DNA from: Octopus sinensis
Lineage: Eukaryota
Direction: 5' to 3'
Assembly: GCF_006345805.1 (NCBI RefSeq)
Contig: NC_042998.1
Coordinates: 77,066,001-77,130,000 of the forward strand
DNA length: 64,000 nucleotides
Below are positions 12,342 to 26,429 of this stretch, piece by piece; within the stretch, counting starts at the first letter, position 1, and each line of letters opens with the position of its first letter. The translations under genes and the position numbers were made by a program. The notes under the pieces are model-generated. The model was not told the DNA's origin, made no database searches, and saw only the letters and a list, made by a program, of their open reading frames with translations.

Positions 12342-15094
12342 ATATATATAATATATATATATATATGTATGTTTTCACACACATATATGTAAATATATGT
12401 GCGATTATATATTATGTATATATAATATTTCCCTTTTTATCGCTTTTAAGCATGTGAATAATTTTACGCTAAGAGAAATCATTCCCCCAAGTGTAAGAAC
12501 TTTTACTCAATGACCCAGACAGTATGCTACACTCATCTAATATTTCGTATTCTTAGTAAAAAAAAATGCACGTTTAATTAGATTATCCATCAGACAATGT
12601 TCGAGGATTAAAATGTCAGCATAACCTCAACGCATGGGAGGCAAGACATAACCCAAACAATTTTTTTTTATATGAAGTAAAAGTACAAGTAAAATCTTGT
12701 AAACAACCACAGAACCAAACATATCCATATACATAGCTGTCAATCACTCGCTCTTTTTTTCCCTTTATGCATATGCGTAAAAATTAATGTGCTTTTCCCA
12801 CACCAATAAATTCGTGGGTTCGATTCCTAAACTAAGCAGAGCGATTTGCTTTTGAGTAGGTTACTTAATTTCACATTGCTCTTGATTCATGTCTGCGCAG
12901 TTCGCTCTTCCTCTAGCTTTCATGTTGTCGGGTCAAGGGTGGGAGCTTTGGTATAAGCTTTGTGTCTAGTTATTCTACATGGCTTCATAATATAATTAGC
13001 AAAACATGGTACTTGTTTCCAAGTTATACTATGTGGGTATGCTTATAAGAGTTATTACGTCTAGACGATATTTGCGGGGAGCCTATAACTACAAAAATAC
13101 AAAATACCATATGTTTCCGTGGGTCAATAACCAACGTCTTTATTTCAATAATAGCCGGTTTTAATACATGTAAGATGTTAATACATGTAAGAGATGTCAA
13201 ATACTTCCGGCGGAATGTTTTACATGTCTCAGGAAAATTGCGACGAAATAGAAAAGTGAAGAAGAAGAAGAAGAATGTTAATAAGGAAGATCTACAAGTC
13301 TTTCAGCGTTATCGAAAGAAAGGAGTCGAACGGAAGACCAACGTCATATTTAGGATAATCTAAGAATATAAGTATATACTTAGATGTATGTGAAGTAAAA
13401 CTTCTGCATTTTTCTTGTTTACATTCCAAAATCTACAACAAATCGATAGATAACTTAACGTTCAAACAATACACGGAGTTATAAATTGGAAATGTTTCTG
13501 AAAACGACGAGAGTTCCATTGTTATTCTGAGTCCTGGCGATGGTATTCGTAAAGAAACAGCTTAGAGAAACAGATGTGAATATAATATGTTATCTGAGTG
13601 AATTGAGACCTTCTCAGGAAAATATATTTAACAACTATATGTTATGTATCCAGTAGAGATACAATTTTTTGCTAACCGGGTGGTTGCGAAGAAATTAGTG
13701 AAGGAAAACAAAACAGAAGCTTCTTCGGTTGGGAAACAAAGAGAGGATGTTGGAATTCGACTTAATGTTTTACTCTCGCAAAAAGAGACAAGGAAAAGCA
13801 TGCGGTGTAAATATGACGCTGCATTGCCTGGGCAGTAAAATATCGTTTCTCTGTACGGAGGCAATGTTCAGAAAGTACTTTAACATGTTTTAATTTTATG
13901 ATCCGCTTGTAATTATGGATTATACATTGTTTTCTAAATACGGGTTTCACGAAGAGGTCAGAAATCAGATATTTCAACATAATATTTAACCCTGGTGTTT
14001 TAGGCAGCTCGTTTTATTATTATTCTTTCGACACTAAATATATTTGGCTAATGAAGTGACAAGGTGCATTCCTTAGTGTCTGAATATTATATCTTGAATG
14101 GTATATATATTTAGCTGTCAATCGATTTTCCAATTTTCGGTGTCCCACATAATTTCATAAACGTGGTGATATACGTTTAGGTATAGCTCATATTTTAGAA
14201 AAGCACATAACGCTAAGAGGCGGTTTATAAGGATATTCTTGGTTACACGGTAGTGATCAATTCTACGTGTTCGCTCTGCAAATGTCGTTTTTCTCTTTAC
14301 AGTCTACATCAGCAGCAAAGATTTAGGTATAAGTGTATTTCCATTAACATTTTTTCTATTGAAGTGTATGTAATATTTATGCGTAATTAACTATCCCTTT
14401 TCATAAAGTTTACGAAACCTATGACAATATTTGATGGGAAATTTAAACATTTAAATTCCATATAGGATTATATCGTGTAATATTTAGATATATTTGCAGG
14501 TTGTTCGATGGATTTTTACATCGTAAGATTTCATTCGGGAAGTGAGCAATGAAGGCCTTTTGGTTTGCATTCAATTCATTGGTTCTTATTGCCATCGACA
14601 ACTTTTATTTTGAGAGTTTTTAATATTTTGCTTCTGAGACTTCGCTTTTGAGGTGATGCTTCATCACTTTTGGTTATTATTGTCTTTGTTGTACTGAGCA
14701 ATGCATTCTGCGTGTGTTGGATGTGGTTTTTGATTTTATTGTGTGTCAGTGTAATATGTGTAATTGTTTCTTTTTCTTTGCAGTTGATATTCTTTGTATG
14801 TATTTTCTTACTCTCTTTCTAGAAAGTTTTAACTGGTTGTTATATGTCTGTTCATTGTTTCTGTTTTAGAATTTACTATTACACTGGACATTTTACTTCC
14901 TTTATTTTGTTTAGTTCCTGTTTTGAATATCACTCATGGTTGACGTAATGAAAAGCACCTGTTTTATTTTCAGACGGTTCATTTAATATTTTACATCTCG
15001 TACTTATTGACTTTTACTCACATGTGCAGTTATTTCTTATGCTAACAGTTTAATGCATATTCAACTATAAAGAAAATCTTTTTCTACTTAATAG

Positions 15095-15260
15095 CCTCAT
15101 GCGTGAGTGTGTGGTAAGAAGTGTAGCTACCAACCACATGACTTCGGTTTCAGTCCCACTGTGTAGCACACCGAGCAAGCGCCTTCTGCTACAGCCCCGG
15201 GACGCCCAAAGCCTTGCGAGTAGATTTGGCAGACGAGAACTGAAAGATTCCCGTTGTATG
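15095..15260 (+). mobile_element. tRNA-derived CORE-like SINE
   Basis: GTGTGGTAAG...GGTTTCAGTCCCACTG...GAGCAAGCGCCTTCTGCTACAGCC...GATTTGGCAGACGAGAACTGAAAGA, followed by a (TATG)n tail. Confidence 0.8.
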
Positions 15261-15740
15261 TATGTATGTATGTATGTGTGTGTGTGTGTGTGTGTGGTGT
15301 GTGTGTATGTATGTATGTATGCTCGTATGAGAAGTTTCTAGGGAACTCATTTTATTGTTTGCTGTTGCTTGTTTTATGCTCATAAAAATGTTATAAGAAC
15401 ATGCGTAGACATATTTTCTGTAATTTAAGTTACAGCATATTTTAATTGAGTAGTTAAACATGAAAATACTCATGTACGCATACCACTCACAAGCGTACTT
15501 TAAATTTGAACTTAATTGATGTAATCTAAGATTCGTAATGTTGTGCTTAAATTCTGACCTGTGATATACTGTACTCGCAAACCTTGTTGTGTGTAATTAT
15601 TAGAAGAGTTGTACTTTTGTTGTAAAGATATAAATGAAACCCTTCTAAATGACTAATTAATAAATTCATTGTTCCAAAATAACTATTTGATTTCCTTAGT
15701 ATATATAGGTATATATGTGTGTGTGTAAATATACATATAC

Positions 15741-15772
<32 letters not shown>

Positions 15773-16243
15773 ATGCATACATTATTTTTATCTTTTCATA
15801 AAAATTTACAAATTGACCTGAGGAGTGACTGCTTTTGGAAGTAAAATCATTTTCCCATTCTACTGAACATGGATATGGTTTTCTTATATGATTTTATATA
15901 GTCCTAATTCAGCCACGAAACGCACGTAATCAATTTACAAGTACTTACTTTTATACATTATATTATTGTATTAATTTTTATTGTTCAATTTATACTTTAT
16001 TTGATTTTAGATTAATATTTTTATGATGAATGCTTCTTTGTATGTTTTTAAAGTATTTTCTCTTATATATTTTATGATTGTAATGAGCTTACAGTTCAAT
16101 ATTATATATCATTAAAATTTTAGATTAGTGTTTTGTATGGTATATTATGTCTCACAGCATAGTTTCGGACGGGTTCTGCATTGACTGAGTTGTGGAATGA
16201 TGGTTCGTCTCTAAATTAGTTATAGGTAAATATATATATATGT

Positions 16244-16410
16244 AGGCGCAGGAGTGACTGTGTGGTAAGTAGCTTGCTTACCAGCCACATGATTCCGGGT
16301 TCAGTCCCACTGCGTGGCAGCTTGGACACATGTCTTCTACTATAGCGTTGGGCCGACCACACACTTGTGAGTGGATTTGGAAGACGGAAACTGAAAGAAG
16401 CCCGTCGTAT
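16244..16410 (+). mobile_element. Full-length tRNA-derived CORE-like SINE
   Basis: AGGCGCAGGAGTGACTGTGTGGTAAGTAGCTTGCTTACC, B-box-like GGGTTCAGTCCC, CORE-like CTTGGACACATGTCTTCTACTATAGC, and a TA/TG tail. Confidence 0.85.
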
Positions 16411-17119
16411 ATATACATATGTGTGTTTATGTTTGTGAGCTTGTGTGTAGTGTATGTGTGTGTGTGTGTGTATTTACTATGTGTCCGTGTGTAATATACC
16501 GAGTATAGAACGGTAATAAGGAAGTGAAATGACAAAGGAATAAATGATTATTCCATTAACTTCATTAGATTACATCTGTTTTTGCTGTAGTTCAGTTTGG
16601 CTCAGGTGAAGCTATAAAAGCTTATTCAAGCACTCAACTATGAGTCCACTGCCTTTTTAGCAGAAACAGCTCTAAGTTAATGAAGTTCAGAAGATAATCC
16701 TTTATTTCTTTGTCACCTGTTTCATACACACACACACGCTTACATACATATGTGTGTGTGTGTTTGTGTGTGTGAGTGTGAGTTTGTGTCTGTGTTAATG
16801 TGTAGGTCTTTCGGCTTGGATCATAGGTATATCCGTATAACTTATGTAGACTATATCAGTCACTTCCCACATTAGGTAGGCTAGCAGTTACTTTACTTAT
16901 TGTCATCCTTGTGGATGACAATCGCAAATTTCCTCAACTGCTATTCCATGTTGCTATACTGCATTATCACAGTCTCGTATATATTAATTTCTCTTTCTCA
17001 GCTCTGGGAGACACAGTAAAAAGTATATATCGCTTCGGATGTGAAATACGTCATGCCACCTAATCCACCTAATCCAATTAAATCTCAGAAGTCAAAGAAA
17101 ACTGTTTGGATTATTGCAG

Positions 17120-17198
17120 TTCAAGTAGATAATACTGCCTTAAAGTTCGAAATATACAACCGCGTGCTGCATCAGCAGTCCCGAGAAAACGTTCAAAA
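17120..17198 (+). CDS. Candidate internal exon of an unidentified gene
   Basis: ttattgcag|TTCAAG...CAAAA|gtaaga, open in phase 1 to 2: (V)QVDNTALKFEIYNRVLHQQSRENVQ. No homology recognised. Confidence 0.25.
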
Positions 17199-17344
17199 GT
17201 AAGATTCTATCAAGCTTTGGCATCGTTAAAATATAAAAATAGATGTTTTAGAACAGCTATACATTGTATGCGCGTTGAATGAAATCTGTATGAGAGCTGT
17301 TTGTATTGCAATAAACTTCTAAAATCATTCACACCAAATTTCAG

Positions 17345-17415
17345 CTGACATAGACTCAATGGACGAATACACAACTATCTTTTCTTCCTATCACCATCGG
17401 AAATGCGGGTACCTA
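17345..17415 (+). CDS. Candidate internal exon of an unidentified gene
   Basis: aaatttcag|CTGAC...TACCTA|gtgagt, reading (A)DIDSMDEYTTIFSSYHHRKCGYL. The phase does not join the preceding candidate in frame. Confidence 0.2.
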
Positions 17416-17622
17416 GTGAGTGTTTCGTAGGCACCGTACAATTTCTCTGTACATACATACGTGCATACATACATACATACTTACATACATACAGTATATA
17501 CATACATACGTGCATATATGTATAGTTTTATGTATGTATGTATGAATTTATATATGTGTATATATATATATATATATACATATATATATGTACGTATTTT
17601 TGTATGAATATACGTATGTATG

Positions 17623-17686
<64 letters not shown>

Positions 17687-18342
17687 AAATATGTTTATTT
17701 GTATATGTATGTCTCAATGTCTGTTATGTCTATACATCACTGGACACTTCACATGACAGCAGTGAAAGGCTAATCCCTTTGTGTATGCGAAATCTCCATT
17801 TATAACAAGCGCATAATTTGATGCTTCTGCCACCACACTGAGAATCATTGAAACGCACAGTTATTGATTTAAAATGCAGTAGCTTCACCTCTGCGCAACA
17901 AAATATAGAATTCCGTAATTTGACAAAACAAAATTTACTACTTTATAAAAAGTGGCCCAACAACCCAACGGGGTTTATACAAAAATCTACTCATATGAGT
18001 AGATTTTTGTATAAATTTCCTTCAGGTTAATATTTATTTCATGTGACATTCTTAGAAATCCTAGCACTTAAGGATGATAAACATGTAAACTAAATCCCAT
18101 CGAACCTCCTTCAATAAATCAGTAGGCTTCAAGGCGAAAATCTTAAACTTTCAGCATCAAAAACTGTGCTCTAGAATACAGGTGTTATATATAAATAGAC
18201 GTTTGTGATTCCAATTACATCTCTTGTTTGGGATTTTCAGTTTTACGACAAATGTGGTGGACGGTAAATACACGTTAAATACATAAATATAGGGAGTGTG
18301 TGTATGTATGTATGAGTGTGTGTATGTGTGCGTGTGTGTATA

Positions 18343-18390
<48 letters not shown>

Positions 18391-18721
18391 TATATATAAC
18401 ACTGTCTGTCATATTTCATGGCAGTCATAGTTCTTGTTGCAACACATTTGCTTACTACTGCCGAAATAAATTATTTATATACACATTAGCAAATCGCTAA
18501 ATTATCCATAGATTTCTATGGCGTAGACATATATGCTGAGAGTGATCATCGTCCCGAGTCAACCGAGTTAGGTTACGGCAAAAATCGAAACTGACCGATA
18601 AGTCTGGGAATATCGCGACTGCTGTATACAATTATGTGATTTGGCTGTAGCATTAGTGTTTAGCCTTTATTTCTAGCAATGTAGGTGTTTACAACACCTC
18701 AGTCATCTTTAATGACGGTTT

Positions 18722-18765
<44 letters not shown>

Positions 18766-18770
<5 letters not shown>

Positions 18771-19542
18771 TAATAAATAAAATATATGCATACATACAAA
18801 CATATATGTACGTACCTACATCTACATGTACATATACATGCATATATAAATATATATACGTGAGTACAGGATACCACAACTAGACGTAGAACTCAACGAG
18901 AAACGAAAACGGAAAAACAAGCATGGAACAAACCATTTTTTTACAACAGAAAAACAGAGTACAAGACAAACTACACAAGGAAAAATCCCCTTCATCAGCT
19001 GTCTCTAGTTCAACTCTAGCGTGTTTCGAAGGTAAGACAGAACACGACTCGTCGAAACTAGCCCTTCCTGCGAGAGAATTAAAATAAAATTATTTCGCAG
19101 AGGGGCAAAAACAAGAAATAAAAAAAAAAATAAAAAAAAAAATGTAACACAAACAGGACGTAAAAACGATACAAATAAAAATACAAAATAAATTACAAGA
19201 TAAAAATACATGTACAAGAAAATACAATACGAGAAATAAAAATAAACAAGAAAACAAACGAAAAGGCCTTTCTCTGGCTTAGAAACACGCTAGAGTTGAA
19301 CTAGAGACAGCTGATGAAGGGGATCTTTCCTTGTGTAGTTTGTCTTGTACCCTGTTTTTCTGTTGTAAAAAATGGTTTGTTCCATGCTTGTTTTTCCGTT
19401 TTCGTTTCTCGTTGAGTTCTACGTCTAGTTGTGGTGTCCTGTACTCACGTATATATATTTATATATGCATGTATATGTACATGTAGATGTAGGTACGTAC
19501 ATATATGTTTGTATGTATATATATCTTTTATTTATTACACTA
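18766..19542. mobile_element. Inverted repeat (262-bp arms, 254-bp spacer), Penelope-LTR-like
   Basis: 18766-19027 is a high-identity reverse complement of 19282-19542. The arms contain GAAACACG...CAGCTGATGAAGGGGAT, homologous to 24880-24930. Confidence 0.85.
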
Positions 19543-19613
19543 TTGTTTGACAGCGCCCTCGCGTCGATTCGATTCGTTCGTTTCGTTCCGTTCTTCTTCT
19601 TCTCCAAGTACTG

Positions 19614-19697
<84 letters not shown>

Positions 19698-19721
19698 TAT
19701 GTATGTATATATATATTAATT

Positions 19722-19990
19722 AAGACCACCCCTTCTGTCAAGAATGACTATGGGATTGCACCTAGAAAGTTCCCCTCCGAGGTATAGCCCTGACAAAGTT
19801 CTTTGTGGAAAACTAGTAGTCACCCCTGCATATTAGTCTCCCCACTCTACGGCACCTATGTTGTGCAACATTAAGTGTCAGACCATACAATAGTGACGTT
19901 GCCGCTCATTTCTACTGCTGAGTGAACTTTAGGAACGCGAGATAAATTATCTTGCTCAAGAACTCACAATCGCACTAAGAACCTCTAACT
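19722..19990 (-). mobile_element. Diverged SINE/LINE-related repeat
   Basis: GACCACC...GGGATTGCACCTAGAAAGTTCCCCTCCGAGG, and a CORE-like TCTTGCTCAAGAACTCAC near the right end. Confidence 0.5.
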
Positions 19991-21399
19991 ACTGACCCAT
20001 GCGACTTTAAGAAGTCTAACTTTATACCTATAAACACGAAATACTGTCTATAAGATAATTACATACACCAGCTTACGATTAGTTTTCATAACTTACAGCA
20101 ACTTACGATTCGTTCATTAACGTTCATTAGTTACGTAATGGAAATTACATAATACATAATTATTGTGAAACCGAAAGAGACATGTAACATAAGTAAAATT
20201 ATTGAACTGAAAATATATTGATAGAATTCAGTATCGTGGCGATGGCTACCAAATGTCCTACATGTGCTTGGGGAAGCAATTTATATTTGGCATTCGATGG
20301 GATAAATTAACATAAAGTAGAACAGAGGGCATCAGCTAGAAGATAAACTGTTGTCAAGAAGGCACGTTATTGTAGATATATCATCAGTTCACTTTCTTAC
20401 TCATTTCATTGAGTATTTCCATCAACTCTTTTCCATCAATGCTTAATTTGTTTACTGGTTAAAGGCATAGATATATATATTAGCGACCGGTAATGATGAA
20501 TATTAGCGATCAAATACTCAGTCGGCGTTATCAGGAAAGAGGACCTTTTGTGTCTGTTTCCCGTTTGTTTGTGCATTTATTATATCTACAGTAAGAGCTT
20601 TTTATATATTCTTACGACGTCTATTTCCTATCCCTGCTTTTCTTTTCTCTTTCTCACTCTGTTTCTACTCTTCCCTCTCTACATATCTATTGCTAGCTTC
20701 TCCTGTCTGTCGCCTACTTTCTCTCTTTCTCTCTGCCCTCTACCAATTCCTCCCCCTACTACTAACATGTGACTCATGTTAATCTTTTTTTACTTTTTCT
20801 CTTTCTCTTTTCTTTTTCACACCTACCGCTGAAGCAGCTGGTCGTATTCTCTGTAGTCCCCACTTCAACCTGTTTCGCTATCTGTTGCGCTTCTGTTTCT
20901 AGTCCTTTAGGATCTTCCTCTTAGCGTTATTCATAATTTCGTCTCTTGTGTGGTCCAAATTTATAAATATGAACATGAATACACCCATATATGTATATGC
21001 ATATCCATACAAAATGTATGCACACACATACACACACTGGCACACACACACACACACACACACACACGTACACACGCATACTTGCATTATGCATTTTGTC
21101 TTGTTTGAGTATGAACATTGAGGCGTTCGTGTTTGAGTACTGCACAGTTGTGCATATAATTGCAGAGAGTTCATGGATCACCAAGATGCAACCGAAAATG
21201 TAATTTATGCAATATTTCTGGGGAGGATATAATAGGCTTTGTGTGATGCCCAAAAATGTTATCAAGACACAACGTTGTCTAAAAAAACCCAAACAAACAA
21301 AAAAGCCCCCCAAAAAACAATATGCTGTACCATTCATAAAAAAAATGTTCTGGAATAAATATAGGGAATAACCTGCTGTTGAATACTGCACAAATATCA

Positions 21400-21756
21400 A
21401 CACAAGGACTACTATTGGAGCATTCTCATCAAAACACGTGTCAAGTTAAAACATAACGTGCCGGATCTTGTTGTTTGGGACAGACATTAAAAACTATATA
21501 AACTATATACCTTCATTAAGGACACCTGTCTTATTGATGTGAAAATGTCATCGAAAATCAAAGACAACTGCTTCGACATAAAATCACATTTGTACTAATA
21601 ATAATCGGTGCCCTTGCTTTTGTGAGTAAATGTCCAAGTGGCAATCTGGAAAGGGTAGGTTTGTCAGAAAAACAAATGAACCTACCAATTTGCGCATTAC
21701 AATTACAATCTGTAGCAGTAGTGGTAAAAATATGTAAGATATTTCTCAAGTTTAAT
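21400..21756 (+). mobile_element. 3' end of a REL-endonuclease (R4/NeSL-type) non-LTR retrotransposon
   Basis: YYWSILIKTRVKLKHNVPDLVVWDRH (PD motif), then KITFVLIIIGALAFVSK...LQLQSVAVVVKICKIFLKF*. Homologous to 32705-33170. Confidence 0.65.
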
Positions 21757-23004
21757 ATGTAAATTTGTTTTGGTTACCTACTTTTCGAAGATGGGGCTTT
21801 GTATTTTCGTTAAAAACCAACTCCTTAATTAGAGGAAGAGTTCAAATGATTAAAACCAAAAGGCAACATACATACATGCATATACGCGTATGTATTCGTA
21901 CGTAGCTGTATATTTTGAAAGTATTACACTAGTTAAGTCAATAACTTTGCATTTCAATGAGCTAATAGGCAAATCCATGTTCTCTTGTCATTTACTTGTA
22001 TTTCGTGGATACATTATTAGCGCATTGTTCATTGGAATATGACTATTCATATATAAGGAGATATTATGTTGAAAAATGTAATGTTTTGAGAAATTTATAT
22101 CTACATGAAATCCCGTGCTCACTTCTCTGATTAGGTAATTTTGTAGCTTCTTGAAGTATTTTAAATCGTTCTATTATACTAAATCTACTGTCATTCTCAT
22201 TCCTTATAAATGGAGGAGCTGTCGCATTGTACTCACTTGTGGTCTAAATCTAATACTTTTATATTTTAAACCCTTATATATTCTACAAGTGATATTGTCT
22301 TACATAATTTACTGTTATTAAAAGTGTGTTGATGTATGATATAGCGGCGCTAAAAAATATTGAACCAATGTAATTCCTATTGTTTTCTACACTTATAAAC
22401 TTATATTTATATATTACATTTCTCTATGGACACTTCCTTTGAAGAGCACAGTGAGTATTCTACAGTTACATGTGTGCGGGTTTATGGCCGAGGATAAAGG
22501 TTGGATTGGATTAGTTGAATACTTCTTAATAGAATAATGCTCACAATACGAACACGAACACTAACACACAGGTACAGAAAAAAAATGAATAATAGGAAAT
22601 GAGCTCATAAGTCTTCCGTCTCCTCTTTTGTCTTGCAAATTATCCAAGTTTTTGTAACATACACTACTGGATATATATTTTGCGCACACAATTTATTGTA
22701 AATTGAAATCGAAATTCACCAATAGTGAACTGGTTTACCCTATGAAGTTGTCATTTTTTTTTCTTCTTTGCCTCCTTTTTTTAGAAAGGCATATCTTAAG
22801 ACCATATTAAGATTGTAGATACTCGATGATAAAGCAATTAAACATAACGCCAGATGGTGGGAGGTATATGAAAGCTTTCTACATTGAGAAGACTGGTTAT
22901 ATATTTTCCGAGGATAATATTATTCTCCTAAAATATTTTTTGGCTTTTTACCGATAAATATATTTAATACAAAATTAACACCATCAGTGAGCGTTGTGAA
23001 ATAG

Positions 23005-23007
23005 TTA

Positions 23008-23098
<91 letters not shown>

Positions 23099-23125
23099 GT
23101 ATGTATGTATGTATGTATGTATGTA

Positions 23126-23174
<49 letters not shown>

Positions 23175-23245
23175 CCGTCTGTTTGTCTGCCTGTTTACCT
23201 GCCTGGCTGTTTGTCTGTCTGTCTCTTTGTATGTCTGTCTGTCTA
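23005..23245. repeat. (TATC)n-(TATG)n-(TGTC)n compound microsatellite
   Basis: Directly visible. Confidence 0.95.
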
Positions 23246-24405
23246 TACTCGCGCGCACTCAAACACACACTCAAACAAAGACAGAGATAGAAGCGCCCAT
23301 GACATGTGGTAGGGGAACGTGATATTTATTACGTGGTTAAAAAAGTTAGATGAAGGTAGTTATATAGGGGAGAGTTAGGAATATAATTTTAGCAGAGAGG
23401 TAATGTTCTGATGGTGAAATTAAAGAATGGCAGAGAGAGAGAGAAAGAGAGAGAGAGAGAGGGGGAGAGAGAGAGTTGATAGTGGTGGTGGCGATGGTGA
23501 GTGTATAGTGAAATTCAATACTTTTTATTTGAACTAACTTTTTTTATAGCACCTAAAAACGCATGCGCATCCTAAACCTGCCATTCACTTTAGAAAGGAA
23601 CCAGTTTTCCGGTCGACTGCCATGTGCAATGGCTGCCAATAAATCATAAGGGCGGATATTAGATAAAGTGGCTGTTCTTGCCTGAACCTGTATGAACGGG
23701 TCATGCTTAGCTATATGTTGCATTCACAAGGGCTTGCAAATTATCTGATGTGAGAGTTAGAGTTATCACCACTGACAAACAAGTGAAAAGAAGAAGACGA
23801 CTTACACGAAGAACATAATCTGCAAAGAAGTATTGGATTGAAAGGTGTACGCAAATTGAAATGTGTATTGGCTCTGACCCATCGACATGGCTTATAAGTT
23901 ACCAATGATGTGGTTGTCAGTGTATGCCACGTTGCATAAAATTTTAACCCCCATGAAATCGTGACCCCCATATTTTATATATAAAATATATTTTAAAATA
24001 TTTTTTTTTGCCGTTTATGGCAAAAGTGGGAAAATAATAGTGAATACTTATTTTATGTGTACTTTGCTGAAATGTGTATTTTACTGAAATAAGTCAGAAA
24101 CCATGGTCCGGGAATTGAATTAGATGGTACATGTTTTTGTTTTTCATTCGCTTCGAGAATTTATCCCTAATTAGTGGCTTGAACTCTAACTGTTCTTTCT
24201 AGGACAATGTATTCCTATGATGGAAGCCTCTTAATGTGTTTTAATGTACACGATATTTTATATGAATAATATATAGTCTATTGACTAAACTTTTTGCGCT
24301 AGACCACTGGTACTAAAATATTCTATAATTATCATTACCCTGATATTATTTATATATATATATATGTATATATATATATGTATACACACACACACACACA
24401 CACAC

Positions 24406-24445
<40 letters not shown>

Positions 24446-24447
<2 letters not shown>

Positions 24448-24615
24448 CGATGGGCTTCTTTCAGTTTCCGTCTACCAAATCCACCCACAATGCTTTCGTT
24501 GGCTCGAGGCTATAGTAGAAGACACTTGCCCAAGGTACCACGCACGGAGTGGAACTGAGCCCAGAACCGTGCGGTTGGTAAGCAGTTTACTTACCACGCA
24601 ACCACTCATGCGCCT
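24446..24615 (-). mobile_element. tRNA-derived CORE-like SINE
   Basis: Reverse complement of the 16244 family (ACACTTGCCCAAGGTACC...GGTAAGCAGTTTACTTACCAC). Confidence 0.85.
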
Positions 24616-24673
24616 ATGAATATATGCACACTTACACACACATAACCACACACATACACACACACATATATAA

Positions 24674-24773
<100 letters not shown>

Positions 24774-24774
24774 C

Positions 24775-25022
24775 TGCCCTGTTCCTGTTACCATTTTACC
24801 CCTGCGCAAATAAATCCCAAATTGTATTTAATTTGCTTTGCGGGAAGGATTGTTTCAACGAAGTCGTGTCTTGTCCTTACCTTCGTAACGCGGAGTAGAC
24901 GAAACAGGGACAACTGAAGAAGGGGAATATTCCTTGTGTTATATATCTTGTCCTCTGTTCTTTCGTTGTTTGAAAAAAAGTTCGTTGGTCGACGTTTTTT
25001 TATGTCCTGTACCCATATATGC
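24775..25022 (+). mobile_element. Penelope-LTR-like short repeat between (TA)n tracts
   Basis: ATAAATCCCAAATTGTAT...CTTACCTTCGTAACGCG...CAACTGAAGAAGGGGAATATTCC...CCTGTACCCATATATGC. Homologous to 33415-33650 and to the 18766 arms. Confidence 0.65.
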
Positions 25023-25191
25023 ATATATATATATACATATAGATGTAGGTATGTACATATATGTATGTATATATCCATATATTTATATATTATATATATA
25101 TATGTGTGCATATATGTTTGTGCGTGTGTGTGTGAATATAAATATATATATGTATTCATAAATATATTTGGAAAATTCATATATATATATA

Positions 25192-25237
<46 letters not shown>

Positions 25238-26429
25238 AAGAGACAGACAGAAAGAGAGAGCTCGTCTTTGCACGGTTTTCGTCTGCGAAATTTATGTTGT
25301 CTAATTAGGTCGTGGTTGTTATTGAAATTTCTTTACTTCTCCATTTCAACGCTATAGTTCAATGTTATTTCAGATTGTTTCTGCTTCACTAACCCTTTTA
25401 AAATCAACGACTACCCTTAAAGTTAGTTTCAATTAAACAGAATAAATAACTTATGTAATGTTAAAGAAATGCTATAGGATTGATAAAAGAATCATTTGTA
25501 TTAACAAGCTGCTGATCAGATTTATTGAACCTCTGATAAAAAATAACGCAATCTTTCTCCAGGTCACTTTTAGACGAATTGATGCACAATAAACAATCTT
25601 TAAAAAATGTAAATGCCATAGTCTGTCTTACAGTACACTCTTCTAAATAAGAAAAGAAACCAACTCTCATTAGTTTACTTTCTTACAAATCTCTCTCTCC
25701 CTCATCTCTCTCTCCATCCTCTCCCTCCCACTTCCCTCTCCCTCCCCCTCTCTCTCCTCTCTGTCTCTCTCTCTCTCTCTGTTACTCTCAAACATCTCTA
25801 TACGTTTAAGTTTTGTATGTGTGTGATTATTCATCCATTAACTTCTAGCACACCCACCTCCCTAGGTTGCTACATATATATACCTATGTATCCCTCAGTC
25901 ATTCTATCCACCTTTCTTTTTCCATTCTTCTTTCCTTATTTCTTTCCTTTTTTCCCTTCCTTCTCTCCTTCGTTTCTTCATTTCCTAACTATTATTCGTC
26001 TCTTCGAAACCTTCCAACTGTTTTCCTGAAATCTTTATCAATAATGCCTGCTGTCCAAATTGGTTGAGTCGTTTTTATTGATTACTTCTAGTTATGCAAT
26101 TTAAGTATCTTCATCTTAATGTGTATGAGTTTGCACGTATATGAATGGGCATATGTATGTGCTTGTTTTGATGAGTATGTATATATATAAAATACCTAAA
26201 TGTAAATTAAATAATATTTATAAGTAAGAATGTAAAGTATTATAAAGAATATTTAACATCAGCATCAACGTTAACTATCATAGTTTGTATCTTTTCTATC
26301 AATCTGGCGCCTAATTTAACAATTACACTAACCGTACATCCAATGTACGTACCAGAAATCATTACAGTTATTTGTAACAAACATAATTGTGTATTTCATC
26401 GATTAGTTTGTTAGGTCGAACGTGCTGAG

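Noticed and set aside
13175-13980. Cluster of short ORFs in unique-looking DNA
   Set aside because: All frames are interrupted and no protein or TE motif could be recognised on either strand.
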